A model generated the notes under the pieces. It was not told the origin of the DNA and searched no databases. It saw only the letters and a list, made by a program, of their open reading frames with translations. A stretch of DNA of 32,000 bases from an uncultured Opitutales bacterium (GTDB lineage Bacteria > Verrucomicrobiota > Verrucomicrobiia > Opitutales > Intestinicryptomonadaceae): contig CAKTSY010000005.1 in NCBI GenBank assembly GCA_934613415.1, forward strand, positions 1-32,000, in the 5' to 3' direction. Below, one piece after another: positions 17,618 to 26,943 of this stretch. The position numbers were made by a program, and so were the translations under genes. The stretch's first letter is position 1; every line of letters starts with the position of its first letter.

Positions 17618-19189
17618 ATGTCAAAGCGCACGCTGTGTTTTTTGGGGATTTTCCTATTTTCGGCAATTTTAATATTTGCCCAAATAGACCAAAACAAAGT
17701 TTTTATACTCTGCAATTCCACAGAGCCCGATTCTGTTTGGCTTGCCGAAAACTACGCCGAACTTAGGAATATCCCGAAAACGAATATCGTTTCGGTTGAA
17801 ATGCCAAAAAGCGAGGAAATTTCTTGGGAGCAATATAACCAGATATATCCGAAACTTGTAAATAGCTTGGAAAAAGCCGGAGCTTTACGCGCGCAAATGG
17901 TTGGCGGCAAACCCGTTTTAGTTTCGCACGACATAGACTTTCTGGTAAGCTGTATGGGCGTGCCTTTAAAGGTAAAGGAAAGCGCGCCCGCAAAACAACT
18001 CGAAACCGACAAGGCTGCCTTCGACTCGCTTTTATCGGCAATGTTTTTGCCTCCCTACAAAAAAATCGTAAAAAATCCTCTTTTTGGCAAACAAGACAAA
18101 GCCCTGTATAAAACCGCCCAAATTGTAAGAACCGCCCGCCTTTGCGGCGGCGACTACCAAAAGGCTCTGCAAAGCGTAAAAAATGCAATCTATGCCGAAG
18201 AACACGGGCTTATGGGGCGCGCCTATGTAGACGATTCAAAATTCATAATAAAAAAAGGCGGCTATCTAAAAAAGGTTCAAGACATTCTAACCGACTTGGG
18301 CTTCGACGTATCGCTTAGCCCCGAAACGCCGCTTTTCGGGTTTGCCGACAGATTCGATGCCGTTGCCCTATATTTTGGCTGGTATAGCGAAGGCCCTTGC
18401 GGATATTTTGTGCTGAACGAATTTAATATGCCCAAAGGCGCGGTTGCAATGCACTTGTTTTCGTTTTCGGCAAAAACGCAAAAAAGCGGTTGGGCTGCAA
18501 CTTTAATAAACAAAAATGCGGCTTGTACCGTAGGCAATGTATACGAACCCTATTTGGGGCTAACGCACCGTTTTGATATGTATTTGGCCGCCCTTTGCTC
18601 GGGCTTTAGCGCGGGAGAGGCCGCATATTTTTCGTCGCCTTCGTTGCGCTGGCAAAACATATTTATAGGCGACCCTTTATATATGCCCTTTAAGCGCAAG
18701 TTAAGCGAGCAGCTAAAAGACATAGAAAATGGGAACGCCGCCTTTTATAGCCAATATGCGGTAATTAGGGCAATGAATTTGGTCGTTAAAAAGTCGGGCA
18801 ACACGTTAAACGCCGCAAAGCTTGGCATAGCCTATGCAAAAAAGCTTAAAGACAACACCGCTTTGCTCTTTAAAATAGCGCAGCTGCTGCAAACGCTTGG
18901 CGACAACAAAAACGCCCTGCTTTTTGCAGAAAATACCGCAAAAACGCTGACAGACCCAAACAACCCCTATTTTGGGCTTAATTTTGAAGTTGCAAAATTC
19001 GCCTCTGGCTTGGGCAACAACAAGCTTGCGTTAGAGCTTTGCAAACAACACATTTCAGCACACAAAAACGGCAAAACATATCTAAAAAACGCGCTGCCTA
19101 TTGCCATAGAATATGCAAAAAATATAGATAATGCTTTATTGCAGGAATACACACAAACACTTAAGAACCTTAACACCCCAAAAAACTAG
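17618..19189 (+). CDS. Exported conserved-hypothetical protein with a C-terminal TPR-like helical extension
   Basis: 523 aa with a signal peptide (LIFA|QID). The core domain ends in GDPLYMPF and, from memory only, resembles the TIGR03790-type conserved hypothetical family. The last ~150 aa are Ala/Leu/Lys-rich helical repeats. Its start is 1 nt after the preceding stop. Confidence 0.5.
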   Translation: MSKRTLCFLGIFLFSAILIFAQIDQNKVFILCNSTEPDSVWLAENYAELRNIPKTNIVSVEMPKSEEISWEQYNQIYPKLVNSLEKAGALRAQMVGGKPVLVSHDIDFLVSCMGVPLKVKESAPAKQLETDKAAFDSLLSAMFLPPYKKIVKNPLFGKQDKALYKTAQIVRTARLCGGDYQKALQSVKNAIYAEEHGLMGRAYVDDSKFIIKKGGYLKKVQDILTDLGFDVSLSPETPLFGFADRFDAVALYFGWYSEGPCGYFVLNEFNMPKGAVAMHLFSFSAKTQKSGWAATLINKNAACTVGNVYEPYLGLTHRFDMYLAALCSGFSAGEAAYFSSPSLRWQNIFIGDPLYMPFKRKLSEQLKDIENGNAAFYSQYAVIRAMNLVVKKSGNTLNAAKLGIAYAKKLKDNTALLFKIAQLLQTLGDNKNALLFAENTAKTLTDPNNPYFGLNFEVAKFASGLGNNKLALELCKQHISAHKNGKTYLKNALPIAIEYAKNIDNALLQEYTQTLKNLNTPKN

Positions 19190-19267
19190 CTTTTTTTACG
19201 CAAAACTGGCTTAAAAATATTCTTGTCTATAAACTTTGTTTTGTATTGAATTTTATAACATAAATTT

Positions 19268-20533
19268 ATGATAGACTTACGAATTTTAAGAGAACAACCC
19301 GATAAACTGCGCCAGAAAATTGCGCTTAAAAAATTCGACTGCGATTTAGATTCCATTATCGCGTTCGACGAGGTTAGACGCAATATTCTATCCGAATTTG
19401 AAAATGCGCGCGCCCAGCAAAACGCCGAAAGCAAGGCTTTGGCGCACTTGCCAAAAGGCTCGCCCGAATTTAAGGAGGCCGTTTTAAAGCTAAAAGAGGT
19501 TTCCGCAAACGTTAAGGCTTTAGAGCAAAAGGCCGATGAAGCCGAAAAGAAGTGGAAATCTATGCTTCTTACAATCCCCAATATGCCCGACGACAGCGTT
19601 CCCGTAGGCAAAAGCGACAAAGACAACGTTACCGTCTACACTTGGGGCGACATAGACTCCATCAAGAACGCCGTTCCCCATTGGGACTTAAAATTCTTCA
19701 ACAAGTTGCTAGACTTCCCCCGCGGCGTAAAGGTTACAGGGGCGGGCTTTCCCTTCTATGTTGGCGATATGGCAAGGCTTGTTCGCTCGCTTTTGGCTCT
19801 CTTTTTAGAAGAAGCAAAAAACAACGGCTACGAAGAAGTTATGTGCCCGATTATGGTAAACACTGCAAGCGCAACGGCAACGGGTCAGCTGCCCGACAAA
19901 GAGGGCCAAATGTACCACGACAATCAGGACGATTTTTATATGGTACCTACCGCCGAAGTTCCGCTTACAAATTTCTTTAGAGACGAAACTTTTGAAGAAT
20001 CGCAGCTGCCCGTATATAGATGCTCGTATACCCCTTGCTTTAGGCGCGAAGCGGGCTCGTGGGGCAAAGACGTAAGGGGCCTAAACAGGCTTCACCAGTT
20101 CGACAAAGTAGAACTGGTAAAATGGGTAAAACCCGAAACCAGCTTCGACGAACTAGACAAACTAAGAAGAGACGCCGAAGGCATTTTGCAAAAGCTTAAC
20201 TTGCCCTACCGCGTTTTGGCAATTTGCACGGGCGATATAGGTTTCCCCCACGCAAAGCAGTTCGACTTGGAAGTTTGGGCGGCAGGTCAAAAAAAGTGGC
20301 TTGAAGTTTCTAGCTGCTCGTGCTTTACCGACTTTCAGGCAAGAAGAGCCGGCATTAGATTCCGCCCCGCCAACGGCGGCAAGTCCGAATTTGTACACAC
20401 TCTTAACGGTTCGGGCTTGGCTATTCCCCGCGTTTTGGCGGCTTTGCTTGAAAACAACGTACAAGACGACGGCACCGTAAAAGTTCCCGAAGTCCTTAAA
20501 AAGTGGTACGGCAAAGACTTTATTGGCGACTAA
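19268..20533 (+). CDS. serS: Seryl-tRNA synthetase
   Basis: 421 aa with an N-terminal coiled-coil arm. It has class II motif 2 FRREAGSWGKDVRGLNRLHQFDKVE and motif 3 GSGLAIPRVLAALLEN. Confidence 0.95.
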   Translation: MIDLRILREQPDKLRQKIALKKFDCDLDSIIAFDEVRRNILSEFENARAQQNAESKALAHLPKGSPEFKEAVLKLKEVSANVKALEQKADEAEKKWKSMLLTIPNMPDDSVPVGKSDKDNVTVYTWGDIDSIKNAVPHWDLKFFNKLLDFPRGVKVTGAGFPFYVGDMARLVRSLLALFLEEAKNNGYEEVMCPIMVNTASATATGQLPDKEGQMYHDNQDDFYMVPTAEVPLTNFFRDETFEESQLPVYRCSYTPCFRREAGSWGKDVRGLNRLHQFDKVELVKWVKPETSFDELDKLRRDAEGILQKLNLPYRVLAICTGDIGFPHAKQFDLEVWAAGQKKWLEVSSCSCFTDFQARRAGIRFRPANGGKSEFVHTLNGSGLAIPRVLAALLENNVQDDGTVKVPEVLKKWYGKDFIGD

Positions 20534-20568
20534 ACTAAACCCAAACAATTAACGATATATTTACTATT

Positions 20569-22188
20569 ATGGCAGAAAAAGAATTTAAGTACCAAAAAAT
20601 GTTCCCCTTGGGGCCCGACAACACTAAATATAGGCTGCTTACAAAAGACTATGTAAGCACTTTAAGGATTGGACCCCTTCAGATTTTGAAGGTAGACCCA
20701 AAGGGCTTAACCTTCTTGGCAAGAAACGCGTTTAAAGACGTTTCGTTTAAATTGAGGCCGGCCCACTTAAAAATGGTTGCCGCCATTTTAGACGACCCCG
20801 AAGCTTCCGACAACGACAAGAGCGTAGCTCTTACAATGCTAAGAAACGCCGAAATTGCGGCCCAGGGCGTTTTGCCCTTCTGCCAAGACACGGGAACTGC
20901 AACCGTAATCGGTAAAAAAGGCCAATATGTGTTCACTGGCGTAGAAGACGAAGAATTCATCTCGAAGGGCGTTTTCGACTGCTATACTCAGGAAAATTTG
21001 CGCTATTCGCAAAACGCCCCCCTAAATATGTGGGACGAAGTTAACACGCGCTGCAACCTGCCAGCCCAAATAGATTTGTACGCCACAAATTCCGACAAAT
21101 ACGAATTTTTGTTTGTTGCAAAAGGCGGCGGCTCGGCAAACAAAACATATTTGTATCAGGAAACAAAGGCGATAATCACCCCCGAAAAGCTACTGCCCTT
21201 TTTGGTAGAAAAGCTAAAGAGCTTGGGAACTGCCGCCTGCCCTCCCTACCACGTTGCATTTGTAATAGGTGGAACTAGTGCCGAAGCGTGCTTGAAAACC
21301 GTAAAGCTCGCCTCTACAAAGTATCTAGACAACTTGCCCACCCAGGGCAACGAGCTTGGACACGCCTTTAGAGACGTTGAAATGGAAAAGCAGTTGCTAG
21401 ACGCTGCCCACAAATTGGGCATTGGCGCACAGTTTGGAGGCAAATATTTCGCCTTAGACGTACGCATTATAAGAATGCCGCGCCACGGCGCAAGCTGCCC
21501 AATAGGTTTGGGCGTTTCGTGCTCGGCCGACAGAAACGTAAAGGCAAAGATAGACAAAGACGGCATTTGGCTAGAAGAGCTTGAATCTAACCCCGCCCAG
21601 TACATTCCCGAAAGATACCGCAATGTAGACACAGCCCAAGGTGCGGTTTCCATAGACCTTAACAGACCCATGAGCGAAGTTTTGGCGGAGTTGTCGAAAT
21701 ACCCCGTAAAAACAAGGCTTAGCCTTAACGGCACAATTATTGTTGCGCGCGATATTGCCCATGCAAAGATACGCGAACGCCTGCTTAAGGGCGAAGGAAT
21801 GCCCGAATATCTAAAGCAGCACCCCGTTTACTATGCAGGCCCTGCAAAAACTCCGCAAGGCAAACCCTCGGGCTCTTTCGGGCCTACAACCGCAGGCAGA
21901 ATGGATCCTTATGTAGACTTGTTCCAGTCTAACGGCGGCAGTATGATTATGATTGCAAAGGGCAACCGCTCGCAACAGGTAACCGACGCCTGCAAAAAGC
22001 ACGGCGGCTTTTACTTGGGTTCTATAGGCGGCCCGGCTGCCCTACTTGCCGAAAAAAACATAAAGAAAGTCGAGCTTGTAGAATATCCCGAATTGGGCAT
22101 GGAAGCGGTTTGGAAGATAGACGTTGTAGACTTCCCCGCCTTTATTCTTGTAGACGACAAGGGCAACGACTTCTTTAAACAGCTTTAA
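20569..22188 (+). CDS. fumA: Class I (Fe-S dependent) fumarate hydratase, single-polypeptide FumA/FumB type
   Basis: 539 aa. Motifs: [26 protein letters not shown] and [23 protein letters not shown]. It appears colinear with enterobacterial FumA/FumB as I recall that sequence. Confidence 0.92.
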   Translation: MAEKEFKYQKMFPLGPDNTKYRLLTKDYVSTLRIGPLQILKVDPKGLTFLARNAFKDVSFKLRPAHLKMVAAILDDPEASDNDKSVALTMLRNAEIAAQGVLPFCQDTGTATVIGKKGQYVFTGVEDEEFISKGVFDCYTQENLRYSQNAPLNMWDEVNTRCNLPAQIDLYATNSDKYEFLFVAKGGGSANKTYLYQETKAIITPEKLLPFLVEKLKSLGTAACPPYHVAFVIGGTSAEACLKTVKLASTKYLDNLPTQGNELGHAFRDVEMEKQLLDAAHKLGIGAQFGGKYFALDVRIIRMPRHGASCPIGLGVSCSADRNVKAKIDKDGIWLEELESNPAQYIPERYRNVDTAQGAVSIDLNRPMSEVLAELSKYPVKTRLSLNGTIIVARDIAHAKIRERLLKGEGMPEYLKQHPVYYAGPAKTPQGKPSGSFGPTTAGRMDPYVDLFQSNGGSMIMIAKGNRSQQVTDACKKHGGFYLGSIGGPAALLAEKNIKKVELVEYPELGMEAVWKIDVVDFPAFILVDDKGNDFFKQL

Positions 22189-22211
22189 TTAGCAAGCGAT
22201 AAAAACAAAAT

Positions 22212-22242
22212 GCCTTCCGCTAAAAATGCGGAGGGCTTTTTT
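22212..22242 (+). terminator. Rho-independent terminator after the fumarase gene
   Basis: 9-bp stem GCCTTCCGC (22212-22220) pairs with GCGGAGGGC (22228-22236, one G-U pair), followed by TTTTTT. Confidence 0.75.
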
Positions 22243-22364
22243 GTATTCAAAAACTACCCGCATATAAGGAATCTAAAAAAGCATAAATTTACTTTGCTTT
22301 ATGCCGCTAAAAAATCTTTGAAAAACTTGACAGATATTGCGCATTTTTATTCAATATACACCAT

Positions 22365-24038
22365 ATGAAACGCATTACTATTTTTACCGCATTACTCTTG
22401 TCGGCGTTGTCGGCATTTTCGCAGGAAATGACCGCCGAACAAAAGGCAGCCCTACAAGCAAAGGCAACCGCACTTTTCCCCAAAGATTCGGCGGCAGCGC
22501 AAGATTGGATGAAAAAACAATCTATGTCGTTCGAATCAATCAGCTATATGAATATAGACGGCATTGGCGAAAAAGAGCTAAATTCAATTAAAGCACAAGC
22601 CGCAAAAAAATTCCCCAACGAATATACAAAGCAGGAAGAATACATTACAAACAATGCCACTGCGATGGCTTCGGTTGCAGCCCTCGGCGAAGGCATAGAC
22701 CCTAAAATATTTTCTGAAATTAAGGCTGTTGCCCTTACCGAATGCGCCGACGACATTACAATGTTTTCGACCTACGTTGCAAAACAGCTTGAAGCAAAAA
22801 AGTATATAGAAACCCTAAAACCCTCCGAAAAGGAAGACCCTGTTACTTTTGCTGTAACAAAGCAAGTGTTGGAAAAAACTTTCCCCTACAACTACACAAA
22901 ACAGCTTGCCGAACTGCAAAAAAGAACGGGCATGCAAGAGTCTGCCCAAAAGCAGATAGACAATAAACCCTCTACAATAGACGGCGTAGACCCGAATTCC
23001 CCCGGGGCATACAACGTTTTGGGAAGAAAGATATTTACAAAGTGCTCGCTAAAAACCGCCGAGCAAAAGCCCAGCGTTGCAGTTGCCGTTGTATTTAAAG
23101 GCAAAAAAGGCATACTTTGCCCCTTTAGTTGCTACAAGCCAAACAATTTCGACCTTATAACCGCGGGCGGCGACCGTCCTAAAATTAAGGGCATATACGC
23201 TTGCAAGGAAGAACCCGTGCTTTTTATTGAAGTTGAATCTTTCCCCGAAGGAATGCAGCCCATAGAAATTGAAGACGAACACGAAGTAAAGAAAATCATA
23301 ACCCAGCCCCTAACTCTGGCCGGTATGTATTCGGCTTCGCAAATTACCTGCTACCAAATTTCCATAGCGTCTATACGCGACAACGACTATCTTTTAAGCG
23401 CAAAAACGCCCTACTCTTTCACCCCCGGCGTTCTGCTAATAGATTTTGCAAAAAATAAGCTGATAAGCTTTATGCTTGTTAAGGAAAAGAAAGTTACGCT
23501 TACCGACTTAGACAACCGTTCGGAAGCCCTTAGCATTTTAAGAAGGCAGGAAGCCCGCACCGAAGAGATAAGGTATTACCCGAGGCTCGACACCCTTAAC
23601 TCTTTCGAGCCCCTTGTTCCGCAAAAGCTAAAGGAACAGTTCGAATATTTGGAAAATCTTAAAAAGTCTAACGACAATCTATATAAGGCGTATACGCTAA
23701 ACTCTTTCGACAAGCTAAGAGGCGTTAGCATATTTACCAGGGCAATTTCAAAATACGAACCCAAGTTCTTTTCGAGAAGCGACAGCGCAACATTCAACAG
23801 AGAAATGCGCTCGTACCTTAACGACATTATAACCGTAATGAAGAAGGACATTAAGGAAAAGAATCCCGAATCTTTCTACTCGGCGTTAAAAGACGAAGTG
23901 CGCCTGCAAACACAAAAAAGGCATTTAATTATAAGCTATTTCGAAAACAATATGCGCAAGGGCAATGTAGAACCCCTTATTCCTTCCGACGTAAAAACAT
24001 ACAGGGAAAGAATGGTGCGCGACGGCAAACGCCGCTAG
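22365..24038 (+). CDS. Exported protein of unknown function with three N-terminal FP-x-x-Y-T-K-Q-type repeats
   Basis: 557 aa with a signal peptide (LSAFS|QE). There are three related helical segments between aa 27 and 187, a middle beta-rich region and a C-terminal charged helical region. I recognise no catalytic motif. Confidence 0.5.
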   Translation: MKRITIFTALLLSALSAFSQEMTAEQKAALQAKATALFPKDSAAAQDWMKKQSMSFESISYMNIDGIGEKELNSIKAQAAKKFPNEYTKQEEYITNNATAMASVAALGEGIDPKIFSEIKAVALTECADDITMFSTYVAKQLEAKKYIETLKPSEKEDPVTFAVTKQVLEKTFPYNYTKQLAELQKRTGMQESAQKQIDNKPSTIDGVDPNSPGAYNVLGRKIFTKCSLKTAEQKPSVAVAVVFKGKKGILCPFSCYKPNNFDLITAGGDRPKIKGIYACKEEPVLFIEVESFPEGMQPIEIEDEHEVKKIITQPLTLAGMYSASQITCYQISIASIRDNDYLLSAKTPYSFTPGVLLIDFAKNKLISFMLVKEKKVTLTDLDNRSEALSILRRQEARTEEIRYYPRLDTLNSFEPLVPQKLKEQFEYLENLKKSNDNLYKAYTLNSFDKLRGVSIFTRAISKYEPKFFSRSDSATFNREMRSYLNDIITVMKKDIKEKNPESFYSALKDEVRLQTQKRHLIISYFENNMRKGNVEPLIPSDVKTYRERMVRDGKRR

Positions 24039-24994
24039 TGCTCGAAACCGTGTTCGGTTAACAAACGCTTTTTGTTGTTTTCAACCAAAACAAGCCCTTC
24101 CGAAAATTCCTTTCGGGGGGCTTTTTTTATGCGGCCAATTTCGTAGATATTTGAGCCGAATTTTTTTTGAAAATCGGTCTTTAGTTTTGCAAGGCTGTTT
24201 TTGCCCCTTACGCAAAACAAAAGCTCGTAGTCTTCGCCGTCGCACAGGGCTTTTTTTAGGGTGTTGCCCTTAAATTTATAAACGGGTATTTGCTCGGCTA
24301 CAAGCTCGGCACAAAGCCCTTTGCAAAGCAAATGTTTTAAGTCCGAAGCAATGCCGTCGCTAATATCCATACACGAAACCACGCATTTGTTTGCCGCCAA
24401 AAAGCGGCCTTCGGGCACTTTGGGACGAAACGTTAAATGCCTTTTGCTTTCGTAAGACGCCCCCAATGCCCCGCTAACGCAAACATAGTCGCCGTCTTTT
24501 GCGCCGCTTCGCAACATTGCGCGCGTTTCGGTGCGCCCAATCAAAGTAAGATGCATCGAAAAAAAGTCGCTTTTAACCGACGCTAAATCGCCTCCTATAA
24601 TTTTTACGTTATACTCTTTTGCGGCAGACGCCATTCCTCGCAAAAACGCGCGTAAATATTTCATCGACATATTGTCGCACACAACCGCGCTGCTTTGCGC
24701 GTAAAGGGGAATTCCTCCCATTGCCGCAATGTCTGAAATATTGCGCTTTATAATTTTTTCGCCCGCCAAAAAGGGGTTGGAATCTATATCAAAATGCCTG
24801 CCTGCAATAACGCAGTCGCTTGTAATAAGAGCTTTGTCTTTAAGGGTTTTATAGTCTACAACCGCGCAATCGTCGCCGGGGCCAAACGGAGACTTAGGTG
24901 CAACTTGCCCGAAAATCTTTACCGCCTGCTCTATTGCGGCCTTTTCTTTTACAGACCCGAACGAATCTTTTAAACTTACTGCTGCAAACCGCAT
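24035..24994 (-). CDS. thiL: Thiamine-monophosphate kinase
   Basis: 319 aa. It has the AIR-synthase-related fold motif GPGDDCAVV and a length and pattern typical of ThiL. Its start overlaps the preceding CPBP gene by 19 nt. Confidence 0.85.
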   Translation of the reverse strand: MRFAAVSLKDSFGSVKEKAAIEQAVKIFGQVAPKSPFGPGDDCAVVDYKTLKDKALITSDCVIAGRHFDIDSNPFLAGEKIIKRNISDIAAMGGIPLYAQSSAVVCDNMSMKYLRAFLRGMASAAKEYNVKIIGGDLASVKSDFFSMHLTLIGRTETRAMLRSGAKDGDYVCVSGALGASYESKRHLTFRPKVPEGRFLAANKCVVSCMDISDGIASDLKHLLCKGLCAELVAEQIPVYKFKGNTLKKALCDGEDYELLFCVRGKNSLAKLKTDFQKKFGSNIYEIGRIKKAPRKEFSEGLVLVENNKKRLLTEHGFEH

Positions 24995-25680
24995 AGCCCA
25001 ATCATTAAAATGTTTACAATGTTAAAGAGCGAATGAACCAAAATGTTAAGCCTTATATCGCGGTATTTTTCGTATACCGCGCAAAATAAAAACGACAGTG
25101 CCGCCAGCGAAACAAAAGCCTCTACGCTAAAGTGAATTCCCGCAAATAAAAGCGAAACAACCATCGCCGAAAACAGCGGCTTAAACGCGCCCTTTAAAAT
25201 TCTGTATAAATAGCCCCTAAACAAAAGCTCTTCCGAAATGGGGGCTAAAACTGCAATCGACAAAAACGCCATTGCATTTTCTGCAACTCCCGAAGCAGAA
25301 AGCCAAAGGTCTATGCTGTTTTGCATTTCGTATTTTACACCCAGCAAAAACAAAACGCCCTTCCACAACGCCATTGTTGCAAACACAAGTAACAACGCCA
25401 AAAGCGTATATTTTATGGCTTTTGCAAAAAGGCTTTTTGGCTGCAGTGTAAATTTAAAGCTAAGCTTGCGGTGTTTTGCATACAAAACCAACCATACCGA
25501 TAAAGCAGCCTGCAACACGAAAGAAGACGCTATAACGCCGAATGTTTCGCCGCCGAAAATTTTCGAAGATACGGCAAGCGAAACATAGTACACGAAAAAC
25601 AAGCCGAAGAAAAACCCAAAAAAGTCGCTTGCGCTTTTAAACGCAATGCAACTTAAATTGTCTGGAATTATCTTCCGCAT
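24976..25680 (-). CDS. CPBP-family (CAAX/Abi-type) intramembrane metalloprotease
   Basis: 234 aa and polytopic. It has CPBP motif 1 EELLFRGYLY, motif 2 FAGIHF and motif 3 HSLFN. Confidence 0.8.
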   Translation of the reverse strand: MRKIIPDNLSCIAFKSASDFFGFFFGLFFVYYVSLAVSSKIFGGETFGVIASSFVLQAALSVWLVLYAKHRKLSFKFTLQPKSLFAKAIKYTLLALLLVFATMALWKGVLFLLGVKYEMQNSIDLWLSASGVAENAMAFLSIAVLAPISEELLFRGYLYRILKGAFKPLFSAMVVSLLFAGIHFSVEAFVSLAALSFLFCAVYEKYRDIRLNILVHSLFNIVNILMIGLCGLQQ

Positions 25681-26939
25681 TATTCCCTATAGGCGGGCTT
25701 GCCGTTTACAAAAGTAGCCTCTACTTTGCCTATAAGCTCTTTGCCAAACCACGGCGAATTTTTAGAGCGCGAAAGGCTTTTGTTGTAAACGTATTTGCGC
25801 GACAAATCGGCAATGCAAAAATCGGCGGGCATTCCACACTGCAAAGACCCCGCATTTATGCCCAAAAGCTTTGCGGGCGAAATCGTCATTAGCTTTATCA
25901 ATTTTGCCAACTTCATTTTGCCGCTTAAAACAAGTGCTTTGTAGCAAACCGAAAACGCGGTTTCAAAGCCTATCATTCCGCAGGGGGCATAGTCGAACTC
26001 AACGTTTTTGTCTGCCGGCGAATGGGGAGCGTGGTCGGTTGCAATAACGTCTATAGTACCGTCGCACAAGCCCTTTATTACCGCCTTTACGTCGTCTTTG
26101 GTTCTAAGGGGCGGGTTAACCTTGTAGTTTGTGTCGTAGTCTATAAGGCTTTCGTCGGTAAGGGCAATATGGTGGGGGGTAGCTTCCGCGCTTACATTTA
26201 TGCCCGCCTTTTTTGCGTTTCTTACTAAGTCTACCGAATATGCGCTAGACAAATGCTGCATATGAACGTGCGCACCCGTATACTTTGAAAGAATTATATT
26301 GCGCGAAACGATAATGTCTTCGGCGGCGTTCGGCCAGCCTCCAAGCCCCAATTTTAGGCTTACCAAGCCGTCGTTCATCTGCCCTTTTGCAGTCATATCG
26401 GCGTCTTGGCAGTGATCCATAACAACAAGGTTGAACATTTTAGCATATTCTAGCGCCTTTAGCATAAGCTCGTTGTTTTGAACGCACGAGCCGTCGTCTG
26501 TAAGGGCAATGGCGCCTGCGTTTTTAAGAGTGCCAATGGGAGCAAGTTTTTTGCCCTCTCTATTTTCGGTAATGCACGCGCTTAAATATACCTTAACGGC
26601 TGCCGATGCCTTTACAATTTCGCTTACAAGCCTAAATGTCGAGGCCGAGTCTACGCAAGGCTTTGTGTTTGGCATTGCCAAAATGCTTGTAAAACCGCCT
26701 GCGGCTGCCGCGGCAGTTCCGCTTTCTATAGTCTCTTTTGCGGTCTGGCCGGGTTCCCTTAAATGGCAGTGAACATCTACAAAACCGGGGAACACAAATT
26801 TATTTTTTGCATCTATAACCTTTTGTTTACCCGATGCTTTTTCGACAAAAACGCCGTTTTTAACAAATAAATCCCTTTTTTCTTCAACAGAATTTGCGGG
26901 GTCTACAACGGTTGCATTTTTAATTATAAGGCAATCCAT
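25680..26939 (-). CDS. pyrC: Dihydroorotase
   Basis: 419 aa. It has the metal-binding motif DVHCHLREPG and ATDHAPH. It lies 4 nt downstream of pyrB. Confidence 0.9.
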   Translation of the reverse strand: MDCLIIKNATVVDPANSVEEKRDLFVKNGVFVEKASGKQKVIDAKNKFVFPGFVDVHCHLREPGQTAKETIESGTAAAAAGGFTSILAMPNTKPCVDSASTFRLVSEIVKASAAVKVYLSACITENREGKKLAPIGTLKNAGAIALTDDGSCVQNNELMLKALEYAKMFNLVVMDHCQDADMTAKGQMNDGLVSLKLGLGGWPNAAEDIIVSRNIILSKYTGAHVHMQHLSSAYSVDLVRNAKKAGINVSAEATPHHIALTDESLIDYDTNYKVNPPLRTKDDVKAVIKGLCDGTIDVIATDHAPHSPADKNVEFDYAPCGMIGFETAFSVCYKALVLSGKMKLAKLIKLMTISPAKLLGINAGSLQCGMPADFCIADLSRKYVYNKSLSRSKNSPWFGKELIGKVEATFVNGKPAYRE

Positions 26940-26943
26940 AAAA

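Noticed and set aside
22327-22355. Sigma70-like promoter TTGACA-N17-TTCAAT only 9 nt before the ATG at 22365 (hinting at a near-leaderless mRNA). Similar TATAAT-like strings abut the ATGs at 3373 and 10096.
   Set aside because: In leaders this A/T-rich, -10-like hexamers are expected by chance, and the promoter consensus of this SD-poor lineage is unknown. I am not reporting it as a feature without TSS data.
23420-23470. Apparent shared motif between the two orphan exported proteins (PGVLLIDFAKNKL in the 22365 gene versus PAGLLVIDARFDKML in the 30238 gene), suggesting paralogy
   Set aside because: The match covers only ~13 residues, mostly hydrophobic, and I could see no collinear similarity elsewhere in the proteins. 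It is likely coincidental, but a profile-profile comparison would settle it.
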